A stretch of 32,000 nucleotides of DNA, from positions 35,581-67,580 of the forward strand of contig CAYSAQ010000007.1 in NCBI GenBank assembly GCA_964429235.1. The letters run 5' to 3'. Positions 14,784 to 22,753 of this stretch are shown piece by piece. A program made the position numbers and the translations under genes. Positions within the stretch are counted from its first letter, which is position 1; each line of letters starts with the position of its first letter. Under the pieces are notes generated by a model, which made no database searches, was not told where the DNA came from, and was given only the letters and a program-made list of their open reading frames with translations. Source of the DNA: an uncultured Candidatus Marinamargulisbacteria bacterium (GTDB lineage: Bacteria > Margulisbacteria > Riflemargulisbacteria > GWF2-35-9 > DYQY01).

Positions 14784-15800
14784 ATGGCACTAGGAGATAG
14801 ACCAACAGGTAGACGAAAAGCTGCAACTCTTTTACTTTCTTTAGGCAAAGAAGAGATAGTGCAAGCCTTAAAGCAATTAAGCGAGTCAGAAGTAGAAGAG
14901 CTTACAATGGAAATAGCAAGGCTGAAAAAAGTATCATCTAGTGAGCAAGATATAGTAATTGAAGATTTCATGCGTGAAGTTAAAATGAGTTCAGGCGACT
15001 ACGTGACTGGTGGCATTGATTATGCAAAAGATATTTTGGAGAAAGTTTTAGGTAAAGATAAGGCTGCTAATGCTTTAAAAGACTTCAATCAGAACTATCA
15101 ATTAACTCCCTTTGAGTTTTTAGATAAGGCAGATCCAGAGAATGTTATTAGATTTATTCAAGATGAACAGCCACAAACAATAGCATTAATCCTGGCCTAT
15201 TTAGATCCTAAGAAGGCAGGCCAGATTCTTTCGTTATTGCCAGAAGAGGTGCAGCCAGAGGTTGCTAGAAGAATTGCTTTAATGGACCAGACACCGCCCA
15301 ATATTGTTAGACAAATAGAGAATGTATTAGCAGCAAAGATATCATCAGTTATTACGCATCAGGATTTTTCAACACAAGGAGGAGTTAACTCTTTAGCAGA
15401 GGTTATTAACAGTGTTGATAGAGCTACAGAAAAAAAGATACTGGAATATTTAGAAGAAGTTGATCCTCAGTTATCTGTAGATGTAAAAGATCTGATGTTT
15501 GTGTTTGAGGATATTATTAGTCTTGAAGATAGGCAAATACAAAGATTGCTGCAAGAGGTAGATATGAAAGATTTACCAATGGCACTTAAAACGGCTAGCG
15601 AAAATTTAAGTGGGAAGATTTTTGCAAATCTTTCTGATAGAGCAGTTGATACGATGAAAGAAGAAATGGAATTTATGGGTCCAGTCAGAGTAAAAGAAGT
15701 TGAGGATGTACAACGAAAGATAGTTAATATAGTCAGGAATTTAGAAGAAGCCGGAGAGATATTTATATCTAGGGGCGAAGAAGAGGAAGAGTTTGTATAA
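14784..15800 (+). CDS. fliG: flagellar motor switch protein FliG
   Basis: 338 aa. KAATLLLSLG, EQPQTIALILAYL, MFVFEDI and the C-terminal torque-helix region. Confidence 0.95.
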   Translation: MALGDRPTGRRKAATLLLSLGKEEIVQALKQLSESEVEELTMEIARLKKVSSSEQDIVIEDFMREVKMSSGDYVTGGIDYAKDILEKVLGKDKAANALKDFNQNYQLTPFEFLDKADPENVIRFIQDEQPQTIALILAYLDPKKAGQILSLLPEEVQPEVARRIALMDQTPPNIVRQIENVLAAKISSVITHQDFSTQGGVNSLAEVINSVDRATEKKILEYLEEVDPQLSVDVKDLMFVFEDIISLEDRQIQRLLQEVDMKDLPMALKTASENLSGKIFANLSDRAVDTMKEEMEFMGPVRVKEVEDVQRKIVNIVRNLEEAGEIFISRGEEEEEFV

Positions 15801-16498
15801 TGTCAGCAAAAATTATCAAAGCAGAAGAAGCAGTAGCTAGACAGTTAAAAACAGTTGCCCCGATTTTATCATCATACTTTACAGAAGAAATGGTTGTTCA
15901 AATGCTCCAAGAAGGAGAAAAGTTAGCCAAAACAATTAAGAAAAAAGAAGACGAAATGATGGTTAAAGCTAAAGAGCATGTTGAGCAAAAAAAGGTTCAG
16001 CTCGAGCAAGAAATAGAACAACTTAAAAATAATGCTTATCAAGAAGGACTTGAAGCAGGCAAACAAGAGTTCATTGGTAATCTACAGTCTTTTGTTGATG
16101 AATTAGAGATTATAAAATTAAAAGCAGGGTTAGCTATGGAAGTTTTTTTAGATGGAGTAGAAGGGCAGATTGTTAAATTCTCAATTTCATTAGCCGAGAA
16201 AGTGACAAGAATAACATTTGAGAAACAAGAAGATGTTTTTATAGATTTTGTAAAAAAGTTGTTTGATCAGATTAGCATAAAAGAGAGTATTGTCATAAAG
16301 GTGAATCCTCGACAATTTGCTATATTAAATAAACATAAGGAAGAATTTTCTGAGTATTTGGGTATTTCTAATCTTGGTATTCAAAAGGATTCAAGTATCG
16401 ACGAGTATGGAATAGGCATTGCTTTAGATACAGGGTTCATGGATGCCGGAATTGCCTCTCAGTTTTCTCAAATAGAGAAGAATCTTTTAAATGGCTAG
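15800..16498 (+). CDS. fliH: flagellar assembly protein FliH
   Basis: 232 aa with a Glu/Lys-rich coiled N-half. It sits between fliG (1-nt TAATG overlap) and fliI (8-nt overlap). Confidence 0.75.
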   Translation: MSAKIIKAEEAVARQLKTVAPILSSYFTEEMVVQMLQEGEKLAKTIKKKEDEMMVKAKEHVEQKKVQLEQEIEQLKNNAYQEGLEAGKQEFIGNLQSFVDELEIIKLKAGLAMEVFLDGVEGQIVKFSISLAEKVTRITFEKQEDVFIDFVKKLFDQISIKESIVIKVNPRQFAILNKHKEEFSEYLGISNLGIQKDSSIDEYGIGIALDTGFMDAGIASQFSQIEKNLLNG

Positions 16499-17804
16499 TA
16501 TAGATTTAGATAAATATTTAGATAAACTTCAAGATATAGACCCAGTTATAGTAAAAGGAATGGTAACAGACATATCAGGTTTGGTTATTACTGCAACAGG
16601 ACCAATGGTTCCAGTTGGAGAAGTATGTTTAATTCATAATAGAGCTGGGAAAATTATCAGGGCAGAGGTAGTTGGCTTTGGTTCGACAAAAGTATTATTA
16701 ATGCCATTGGGAGATATGGAAGGCATAAGTGCTGGAGATTTAGTGGAATCAACTGGGAGTTGTTTAACTGTTCCTGTTTCTTCTAAATTGTTGGGAAGAG
16801 TTCTTAGTGGTTTAGGTGATCCTATCGACGGAAAAGGAGATGTGGATGTATTAAGGAGAGTTCCCGTATATGCAGAACCACCAAATCCATTATTGCGAGA
16901 TAGAATTGAGAAACCATTGGGTGTAGGTGTGAAGGCTATAGATGGATGCTTAACTCTTGGAAGAGGACAACGTGTTGGTATTTTTGCAGGTTCAGGAGTA
17001 GGCAAGTCTACGCTGATGGGTATGGTTGCAAGAAATACTGAAGCAGATATTAATGTTATAGCATTAGTAGGTGAAAGAGGACGTGAGGTAAGAGATTTTA
17101 TTGAGAAGTCTTTAGGTGCAGAAGGACTTAAACGCTCAGTAGTAGTTGTCGCAACTTCTGACCAGCCAGCATTAATTAGAATAAAAGCTGTACTTACAGC
17201 AACAGCAATAGCAGAGTTTTTTAGGGACCAAGGTAAAGACGTGTTATTAATGATGGATTCGATAACAAGATTTGCTATGGCACAAAGAGAAGTAGGTCTT
17301 ACTATTGGAGAGCCTCCAACCACAAAGGGATATCCGCCATCAGTTTTTGCTATGATGCCAAAGTTCTTAGAAAGAGCCGGTACAAGCGACAAAGGAAGTA
17401 TTACAGGCATATATACAGTACTTGTCGATTCTGATGATATGAACGAGCCTATTTCAGATGCAGCAAGAAGTATTTTGGATGGACACATAGTTTTGGATAG
17501 GAAAATTGCATCCAAGAATATTTGGCCTGCTATAGATGTTTTAAACAGTTTGAGTAGAGTTATGCCAGATGTTGTTGATAAAGAGCATATGGCCTCGAAT
17601 TATCGCCTTAGAGAGCTCATGTCAACTTACCGTGACGCCGAAGATCTTATTAATATTGGAGCTTATGCTTCAGGCAGCAATCCTGGTATTGATGAATCTA
17701 TAAAAATGTTTGATGGAATCCTTTCATTTTTAAAGCAAGGTATTGATGAAAAATTTATTTATAATGAAGAAGTCCAGATGTTGAAAACTGCTGTAGGTAA
17801 TTAG
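16491..17804 (+). CDS. fliI: flagellum-specific ATPase FliI
   Basis: 437 aa. Walker A GSGVGKST, Walker B LLMMDS, F1/T3SS ATPase family pattern throughout. Confidence 0.95.
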   Translation: MASIDLDKYLDKLQDIDPVIVKGMVTDISGLVITATGPMVPVGEVCLIHNRAGKIIRAEVVGFGSTKVLLMPLGDMEGISAGDLVESTGSCLTVPVSSKLLGRVLSGLGDPIDGKGDVDVLRRVPVYAEPPNPLLRDRIEKPLGVGVKAIDGCLTLGRGQRVGIFAGSGVGKSTLMGMVARNTEADINVIALVGERGREVRDFIEKSLGAEGLKRSVVVVATSDQPALIRIKAVLTATAIAEFFRDQGKDVLLMMDSITRFAMAQREVGLTIGEPPTTKGYPPSVFAMMPKFLERAGTSDKGSITGIYTVLVDSDDMNEPISDAARSILDGHIVLDRKIASKNIWPAIDVLNSLSRVMPDVVDKEHMASNYRLRELMSTYRDAEDLINIGAYASGSNPGIDESIKMFDGILSFLKQGIDEKFIYNEEVQMLKTAVGN

Positions 17805-17805
17805 T

Positions 17806-18234
17806 ATGAAAAAATTTGAATTTAGAATGCAAAGAATACTCAGTATTAAAGAAAAGACTGAAGAGTTGTTAAAACAAGAACTTGGAAGACTTGTACAACG
17901 TAAAAAAGGATACGAAGAGGTTAAGGCGTATTTCGCAAAACAAATGCAAGAAGAATTCGGGAAAATAAGAGATAGCAAATCATTTACGAGTGTAGATAAA
18001 ATAATGGCTGAGAATTATATTACAGGCATTAAGAATGATATTTATAAACAGGATTTGATGGTTAAAGATTATGAATTGAAAATAGATAAGAAAAGAGCCG
18101 AGATTCAAGAGAATAGAAAAGAAATAAAAATATTAGATAATCTTAAAGATAAGCAAAAAGAGCAATATAACTATGATCTAATGTTGTTTGAGCGAAAAGA
18201 AATGGACGAAGTCGCTTCATCAAGAAGAAGGTAG
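17806..18234 (+). CDS. fliJ: flagellar export chaperone-like protein FliJ
   Basis: 142-aa coiled-coil protein immediately after fliI. Confidence 0.75.
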   Translation: MKKFEFRMQRILSIKEKTEELLKQELGRLVQRKKGYEEVKAYFAKQMQEEFGKIRDSKSFTSVDKIMAENYITGIKNDIYKQDLMVKDYELKIDKKRAEIQENRKEIKILDNLKDKQKEQYNYDLMLFERKEMDEVASSRRR

Positions 18235-19116
18235 TGGTTGATATATTTCAAACTGCGCACTTCTAAATTTATTATCTTGAAGTCTGGTTAGTCTTTGGTT
18301 GAATACCGCCAGTAGTGATTCATTAATTAATAATTCCTTAATTCCAAAATCAATAAATCTAGCAATGGATGATTTCGCTGTATTTGTATGCATAGACGCA
18401 AACACAAGGTGTCCTGTCATGGCTGCTCTAATAGCTATTTCTGCAGTTTCTTTATCTCTAATCTCTCCAATTAGTATAATGTCTGGATCATGGCGCAATA
18501 CTGCTCTTAGTATGTTTGCAAATCCCATGCCGGCTGTGTCATTAACTTGTATTTGTGTGAAAGATGGCTGAATATATTCAATAGGGTCTTCGATTGATAC
18601 TACATGTAGTTTGTTATTGTTTGAGTATAAATAATTTATAAGAGAATAAAGTGTTGTTGTTTTCCCACTACCAGTCGGCCCAGTTGTAAGAATTAGCCCT
18701 TCCTTTTTTTTTAATAAAGATTTGGTTGTTGAGAGTGTTTCAGTGTTCATTCCGATTTTATCTAAAGTTGGTATCGATTTGTAGTCGGCTAATATCCTTA
18801 TTACAATATTTTCTCCATAGTTAGAGGGAATTACAGAAACTCTCATGTCTATTCTTGAGTTGTTTGCATGAAAACTAATTCTGCTATCTTGTGGTTGCAG
18901 CGTGTTTGAAGAGCTGAGATTAGAGAGTACCTTTATTCTGTTTACTATTTGAGGGTATTCTTCTTTTGGAAGTTCTTTGGTCGTTATTAATTCACCTAGA
19001 ATTCTTTCTTTAATTAATACTGTATTTTCTTCAGGATGAAGATGAATATCAGTAGCGTTGTTGTCTATGGCAGTGGTTAATAGTTTATTAACCTGGAATA
19101 CTGGATTCAATTTCAC
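18220..19116 (-). CDS. short type II/IV secretion-family ATPase (PilB/GspE/ComGA-like core only)
   Basis: 298 aa. Walker A GPTGSGKTTT, Asp box IEDPIEY, Walker B DPDIILIGEIRD, His box TGHLVFASMHTN. The protein ends soon after QRLTR, without a Cys-rich C-terminal subdomain. GTG start. Confidence 0.85.
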   Translation of the reverse strand: MKLNPVFQVNKLLTTAIDNNATDIHLHPEENTVLIKERILGELITTKELPKEEYPQIVNRIKVLSNLSSSNTLQPQDSRISFHANNSRIDMRVSVIPSNYGENIVIRILADYKSIPTLDKIGMNTETLSTTKSLLKKKEGLILTTGPTGSGKTTTLYSLINYLYSNNNKLHVVSIEDPIEYIQPSFTQIQVNDTAGMGFANILRAVLRHDPDIILIGEIRDKETAEIAIRAAMTGHLVFASMHTNTAKSSIARFIDFGIKELLINESLLAVFNQRLTRLQDNKFRSAQFEIYQPLPSS

Positions 19117-19936
19117 GTAATAACACCTCTTTAGCAGTATTATAACGTAATTTTCTTGAAAACCAAAATTGTTGACCTAAAATCCCTTGACCACCAAGCA
19201 TGCCAAGACCATTAAGAGTGGTAAGGCCGAGTTCTTCGGCGATTTGCAATAGTTTGGTTCTAGCTGGTGCGTAGATGATGTCTACTATTAGACAATTCTG
19301 ATTAGCATGTTCAAGTTGTTCTTTAGAAAGCACAGACTTGTCGATTGTTTTCTCCATGCCCACAGGAGTTGCATTTACTATGATATTAGCTTTCTTGATA
19401 GTTTCTTCAAATTTATTATTATCATTGATAATGATAATCTTCGTATTGTTCTGGTAGTGAGTTTTTATTTCTTCAGCTTTATTTGTATCGATGTCAAAGA
19501 TTGTAATCTTGTTACATTCAGCTTGTAATGAAGAATATACAATGGCCTTTGCTGCACCACCGGCACCAATTAGAAAAATATTTTTGTCAGTAAGTGACAT
19601 GTTCGCTTCTTCTTTTAGCATTAAACTAAAGCCAGGAGCATCAGTATTTGTTCCAACGTATTTCCCCTCAATTAGCTTGATAGTGTTTACCGCACCTATT
19701 TCTTTTGCTGAATCAGTGATCTCATCGCAAAGAGGAATTACATTTTCTTTATGTGGGATTGTAACGTTTAGTCCTGCAAACTTTTTAGACTCAAATAGTG
19801 GCTTAAGATCTTCGACTGTTACTGGATATGAGATATATTTTGCATCGATACCTTCTTCTTTAAAGAAAGTATTATGAAGAGCAGGCGATAGAGAATATCC
19901 AAGTGGATATCCTAGTAGTGCGTATTCTGTTTTCAT
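19088..19936 (-). CDS. aroE: shikimate dehydrogenase AroE
   Basis: LGYPLGYSLSPALHN, NVTIPHKE, GAVNT, NTDAPGF, and the Rossmann motif GAGGAAKA. Confidence 0.9.
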   Translation of the reverse strand: MKTEYALLGYPLGYSLSPALHNTFFKEEGIDAKYISYPVTVEDLKPLFESKKFAGLNVTIPHKENVIPLCDEITDSAKEIGAVNTIKLIEGKYVGTNTDAPGFSLMLKEEANMSLTDKNIFLIGAGGAAKAIVYSSLQAECNKITIFDIDTNKAEEIKTHYQNNTKIIIINDNNKFEETIKKANIIVNATPVGMEKTIDKSVLSKEQLEHANQNCLIVDIIYAPARTKLLQIAEELGLTTLNGLGMLGGQGILGQQFWFSRKLRYNTAKEVLLREIESSIPG

Positions 19937-20022
19937 GTATAAAATTAAAGGCCATATTGGCGCAAATGTAAATGAAAAACTTTAGGTAAGCGCCCTTTTG
20001 CTTTCCTGCTATGTAAAAAGAG

Positions 20023-20030
20023 TGTATAAT
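20023..20030 (+). promoter_or_regulatory. perfect -10 TATAAT, 7 nt upstream of the bactofilin ATG
   Basis: TATAAT at 20025-20030, then TCTTGTC, then ATG 20038. No SD. The -35 is weak (TTTCCT at 17-nt spacing). Confidence 0.4.
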
Positions 20031-20037
20031 TCTTGTC

Positions 20038-20415
20038 ATGAAAGTAATTAACTCTGATTATCATGTTGATGAAACAATTCAAACTATTGTAGGTTTTGAT
20101 TCAGCGTTATCTGGAACTATAAATACAGAGTCATCAATAAGGCTAGAGGGCTCTTTCGATGGAGAGATTAATTCTCAGGGTAGCGTGTTTGTTGGCGTAA
20201 AAAGTAAAGTGAACGGTAATATTAATGCACTCAGAGTTGTTGTTCAGGGTGAGATAATTGGAGATGTTGAGGTTGTTGAAAGTATTGAGATCCTTCAAAC
20301 AGGTAAGATTGTTGGCGATATAGCTGGCAAAAAATTAATTGTAGATGAAGGCGCTACATTCAAAGGCAACGTTAATATGGATGTTATTTCTCCGAGGAAA
20401 ATAAAAGAAGTTTAG
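20038..20415 (+). CDS. bactofilin (DUF583 polymer-forming cytoskeletal protein)
   Basis: 125 aa. Repetitive beta-helix pattern: G.I....SIRLEGSFDGEI, VFVG..SKVNGNI, VVVQGEIIGDV, LQTGKIVGDI, LIVDEGATFKGNV. Confidence 0.85.
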   Translation: MKVINSDYHVDETIQTIVGFDSALSGTINTESSIRLEGSFDGEINSQGSVFVGVKSKVNGNINALRVVVQGEIIGDVEVVESIEILQTGKIVGDIAGKKLIVDEGATFKGNVNMDVISPRKIKEV

Positions 20416-20416
20416 C

Positions 20417-21094
20417 TTGGCTTCTAAGCTATATATTTGCGGGAACCACCTTGGTTCAATTGAAGATATCCCACAACGTACTATAAGTATTATAAAGTTA
20501 GCAGATTTGGTGTTATGCGAAGATACCAGAACAATCGGCAGAATGTTTGCAGAACTCGGGATGCGAGACAAGCATCTTATTTCTTATTATGACCATAATG
20601 AGAGAAGTCGCTCAGAGTCACTTAAAGATCGTTTGATAAATGAAGATTTACAAATTGCCTTGATAAGCGAAGCCGGAATGCCAATGGTTTCAGATCCTGG
20701 ATTCCATATCATTAATTTATTTCATGAGCTTGGGTTAGAGGTAGACGCGATACCAGGACCAACAGCATGTATTACTGCTTTAGCAATGTCTGGATTTTCA
20801 TTAGAAAGTGGATTCCAGTTTGTAGGATTCTGGCCTAGAAAAAATGGCAAGAAACAAAAGGTCATAGAGTCTGTTGTTGAAACAAAGATTCCGTTTGTTT
20901 TTTATGAGTCTCCTAAGCGAATAGTTAAAACACTTCTAGGGTTAGTTGATTCTGAGCTAGATGTTTTTGTAGTAAAAGAATTAACAAAAAAGCATCAAAC
21001 ATATTGGCGTGGTTCATCTAATGAAGTTTATCAGCAGCTTTCACAGAGAGAACATAAAGGCGAATTTACAGTAGTTATAAAAAAGTCCAAGTAA
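20417..21094 (+). CDS. rsmI: 16S rRNA (cytidine1402-2'-O)-methyltransferase RsmI
   Basis: LYICGNHLGSIEDI...LADLVLCEDTR and SEAGMPMVSDPG family motifs. TTG start. Confidence 0.85.
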   Translation: MASKLYICGNHLGSIEDIPQRTISIIKLADLVLCEDTRTIGRMFAELGMRDKHLISYYDHNERSRSESLKDRLINEDLQIALISEAGMPMVSDPGFHIINLFHELGLEVDAIPGPTACITALAMSGFSLESGFQFVGFWPRKNGKKQKVIESVVETKIPFVFYESPKRIVKTLLGLVDSELDVFVVKELTKKHQTYWRGSSNEVYQQLSQREHKGEFTVVIKKSK

Positions 21095-21138
21095 GTAATG
21101 GAACTTTTCTCATTCAATAGTTGTATAGTATATAAGTA

Positions 21139-21675
21139 ATGAAACTTTCGAAGGCTGTTTTAGATAATTTTATTGATGGAGAAATGTCAGCATTTCAGGA
21201 CGTATACGAAGTCTCTAAGAGCTTTGTATATAACACTATTTATAAGATGGTTCTAAGCGAGCAAGATGCTCAGGATTTAATGCATGATGTTTATGTGCGT
21301 GTATATGAAAAAAGACATCAGTATAAGAAGGACTACAGTATATACACATGGATAAATAGGATTGCTATAAATCATGTGCTAAATTTTATTAAAAGAAAAA
21401 ATAGTTTTGTAAATAAGTTAGCAGAAGTAGGTTTCTTTTATGAGCAAAAATCAAATGATGAACAGAATGACGAAGGGGAAGCTTTACAATTATTACAAAA
21501 GCTAAAACCAAAATATAGATTGCCAATAGTGCTAAAAGACATTCAGGATTTGAGCTATGAAGAAGTAGCTAGTTTGTTGAATATTCCAATTGGGACAGTT
21601 CGGTCTAGATTGAGCAGAGGACGAAAACAATTAAAAGAAAGATATGAAAGAGAGGTGCTGAATGGAAAGCAATAA
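21139..21675 (+). CDS. ECF (group 4) sigma-70 family sigma factor
   Basis: 178 aa. Region 2 DLMHDVYVRVYEK...YTWINRIAINHVLNFIKRK. Region 4 LSYEEVASLLNIPIGTVRSRLSRGRKQLKE. Confidence 0.9.
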   Translation: MKLSKAVLDNFIDGEMSAFQDVYEVSKSFVYNTIYKMVLSEQDAQDLMHDVYVRVYEKRHQYKKDYSIYTWINRIAINHVLNFIKRKNSFVNKLAEVGFFYEQKSNDEQNDEGEALQLLQKLKPKYRLPIVLKDIQDLSYEEVASLLNIPIGTVRSRLSRGRKQLKERYEREVLNGKQ

Positions 21676-21964
21676 ACAATTAATGAAAGAGCTGAAAGTA
21701 GAGAAATCAGTGCCAGAGGGTATCTTTAATAATGTTGTTTTCACAATTGGCAATAATGAACAGAATAGAAAAAAAACTTCTTTCAAATGGTTTGCAATAC
21801 TTAGCCCAATAGCAACCAGTGTTTTGGTGGGAGTATTGTTCTTAAATATAAGCATTTCAAATAGCTCTCAAGCAATTAAAGACGGAGAGTTTTTAGCAAA
21901 TACAGTAACCGCAGAGTACTATGATGGTTATTTTATTAGTATTGATGAAGATTTTGTTTATTGA
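21662..21964 (+). CDS. putative single-pass anti-sigma factor
   Basis: 100 aa. It overlaps the sigma gene by 14 nt and has one TM (WFAILSPIATSVLVGVLFL). The call rests on context. Confidence 0.5.
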   Translation: MESNKQLMKELKVEKSVPEGIFNNVVFTIGNNEQNRKKTSFKWFAILSPIATSVLVGVLFLNISISNSSQAIKDGEFLANTVTAEYYDGYFISIDEDFVY

Positions 21965-22024
21965 TGGAACTTTTTATAGCAAAGCATTGTATATAAGTTA
22001 AGAAAAAATAAGGAGGAAGAAAAT

Positions 22025-22531
22025 ATGAGACTATTTTCAAAAGGAATAATTGTTTTAGGATTAGCGGGAATGATGTTTGCTGCAGGATCAGGAGGACAGC
22101 AAAAAGATTGTGATCCAGGTTATAGGGATGGACAACGTAATAATATGATGCAAAAAGGAAGCGGTCATAATGAATTGTTTGACCAGATTGATTTATCAAA
22201 GGTACAAATAGCGAAGATAAATGAGATTCATAAGGAAAGCAGAGAAAGTCATAAAGAGACACAGACAAAGTTGATGACTGCAAGAAAAGCTTTAGTAGCA
22301 GAACTAGATGCCGAAAATAGTTCGTCAGCAAAGATTGCTCAGTTAAAGAAAGATATTTTATCAGCACAATCAAATATGTTAGATGAAATGACTTCAATAA
22401 AAATGAAGACAAAAGAAGTTTTAACAAAAGATCAAATAAAAAAGTTAAAAGAATTGCATGAAGAACGAAAAGATAAAAGAGAAGAACAAAAGGCTAAAAA
22501 GACTTTGTTTAACCGTTGGTTTAGAAAATAA
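22025..22531 (+). CDS. periplasmic Spy/CpxP-like LTXXQ-motif protein
   Basis: AAGGAGG SD, a signal peptide, two LTXXQ-type motifs (LSKVQ, LTKDQ), and helical Lys/Glu-rich composition. Confidence 0.6.
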   Translation: MRLFSKGIIVLGLAGMMFAAGSGGQQKDCDPGYRDGQRNNMMQKGSGHNELFDQIDLSKVQIAKINEIHKESRESHKETQTKLMTARKALVAELDAENSSSAKIAQLKKDILSAQSNMLDEMTSIKMKTKEVLTKDQIKKLKELHEERKDKREEQKAKKTLFNRWFRK

Positions 22532-22547
22532 ACTGTCCAATAAAGAA

Positions 22548-22575
22548 AACCCCGGGTTAAACCGGGGTTCCTTTT
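22548..22575. terminator. bidirectional rho-independent terminator
   Basis: AACCCCGG-GTTAAA-CCGGGGTT (8-bp stem) flanked by an A-tract on the left and CCTTTT on the right. It lies between the convergent Spy-like gene and tRNA-Leu. Confidence 0.7.
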
Positions 22576-22582
22576 ATATGTT

Positions 22583-22669
22583 TGGTGCTGCGGACTGGAC
22601 TTGAACCAGCACAGGCAATCGCCCACTAACCCCTCAAGCTAGCGTGTCTACCAATTCCACCACCGCAGC
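22583..22669 (-). tRNA. tRNA-Leu (anticodon GAG), class II with long variable arm, CCA encoded
   Basis: Hand-folded 87-nt sequence: GCTGCGG-TG-GTG/GAATTGGTAGA/CAC-G-CTAGC/TTGAGGG/GTTAG-variable arm TGGGCGATTGCCTGT-GCTGG/TTCAAGT/CCAGT-CCGCAGC-A-CCA. The acceptor stem is a perfect 7 bp. Confidence 0.9.
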
Positions 22670-22687
22670 CCACTTAAAACTTTTCAT

Positions 22688-22696
22688 ATTGTAACA
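22688..22696 (-). promoter_or_regulatory. extended -10 promoter TGtTACAAT for tRNA-Leu
   Basis: Minus-strand TGTTACAAT lies 18 nt upstream of the mature tRNA 5' end. TTGTAA lies 19 nt further upstream. Confidence 0.45.
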
Positions 22697-22738
22697 CGTA
22701 GCACCCTTATATTTACAAGGTATTCGTTGTAAATCTTA

Positions 22739-22747
22739 TGCTATAAT
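22739..22747 (+). promoter_or_regulatory. extended -10 promoter TGcTATAAT, 6 nt upstream of the M15A peptidase ATG
   Basis: TGcTATAAT at 22739-22747, then AAGCTT, then ATG 22754. No SD. Confidence 0.5.
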
Positions 22748-22753
22748 AAGCTT

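Noticed and set aside
16634-17515. 293-aa ORF antisense to fliI
   Set aside because: It lies entirely within the unambiguous FliI ATPase gene. Its low-complexity Ser/Pro/Thr/Ile-rich translation is typical of a shadow ORF, and it has no SD or promoter.
19954-19985. Second copy of CTAAAGTTTT(T)CATTT, shared with the flgM sigma-28 promoter, on the minus strand upstream of aroE, with a GCCAATAT -10-like box
   Set aside because: The spacer between TAAAGTTT and GCCAATAT is 15 nt rather than the canonical 11, so it is unlikely to be a functional sigma-28 promoter as it stands. The 15-nt similarity may be coincidental in AT-rich DNA. It is worth including in a genome-wide motif scan.
21936-22427. 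163-aa minus-strand ORF across the anti-sigma/Spy-like region
   Set aside because: It gives a Leu/Ser/Phe/Tyr-rich low-complexity translation. The plus-strand Spy-like gene has a strong AAGGAGG SD, a signal peptide and LTXXQ motifs.
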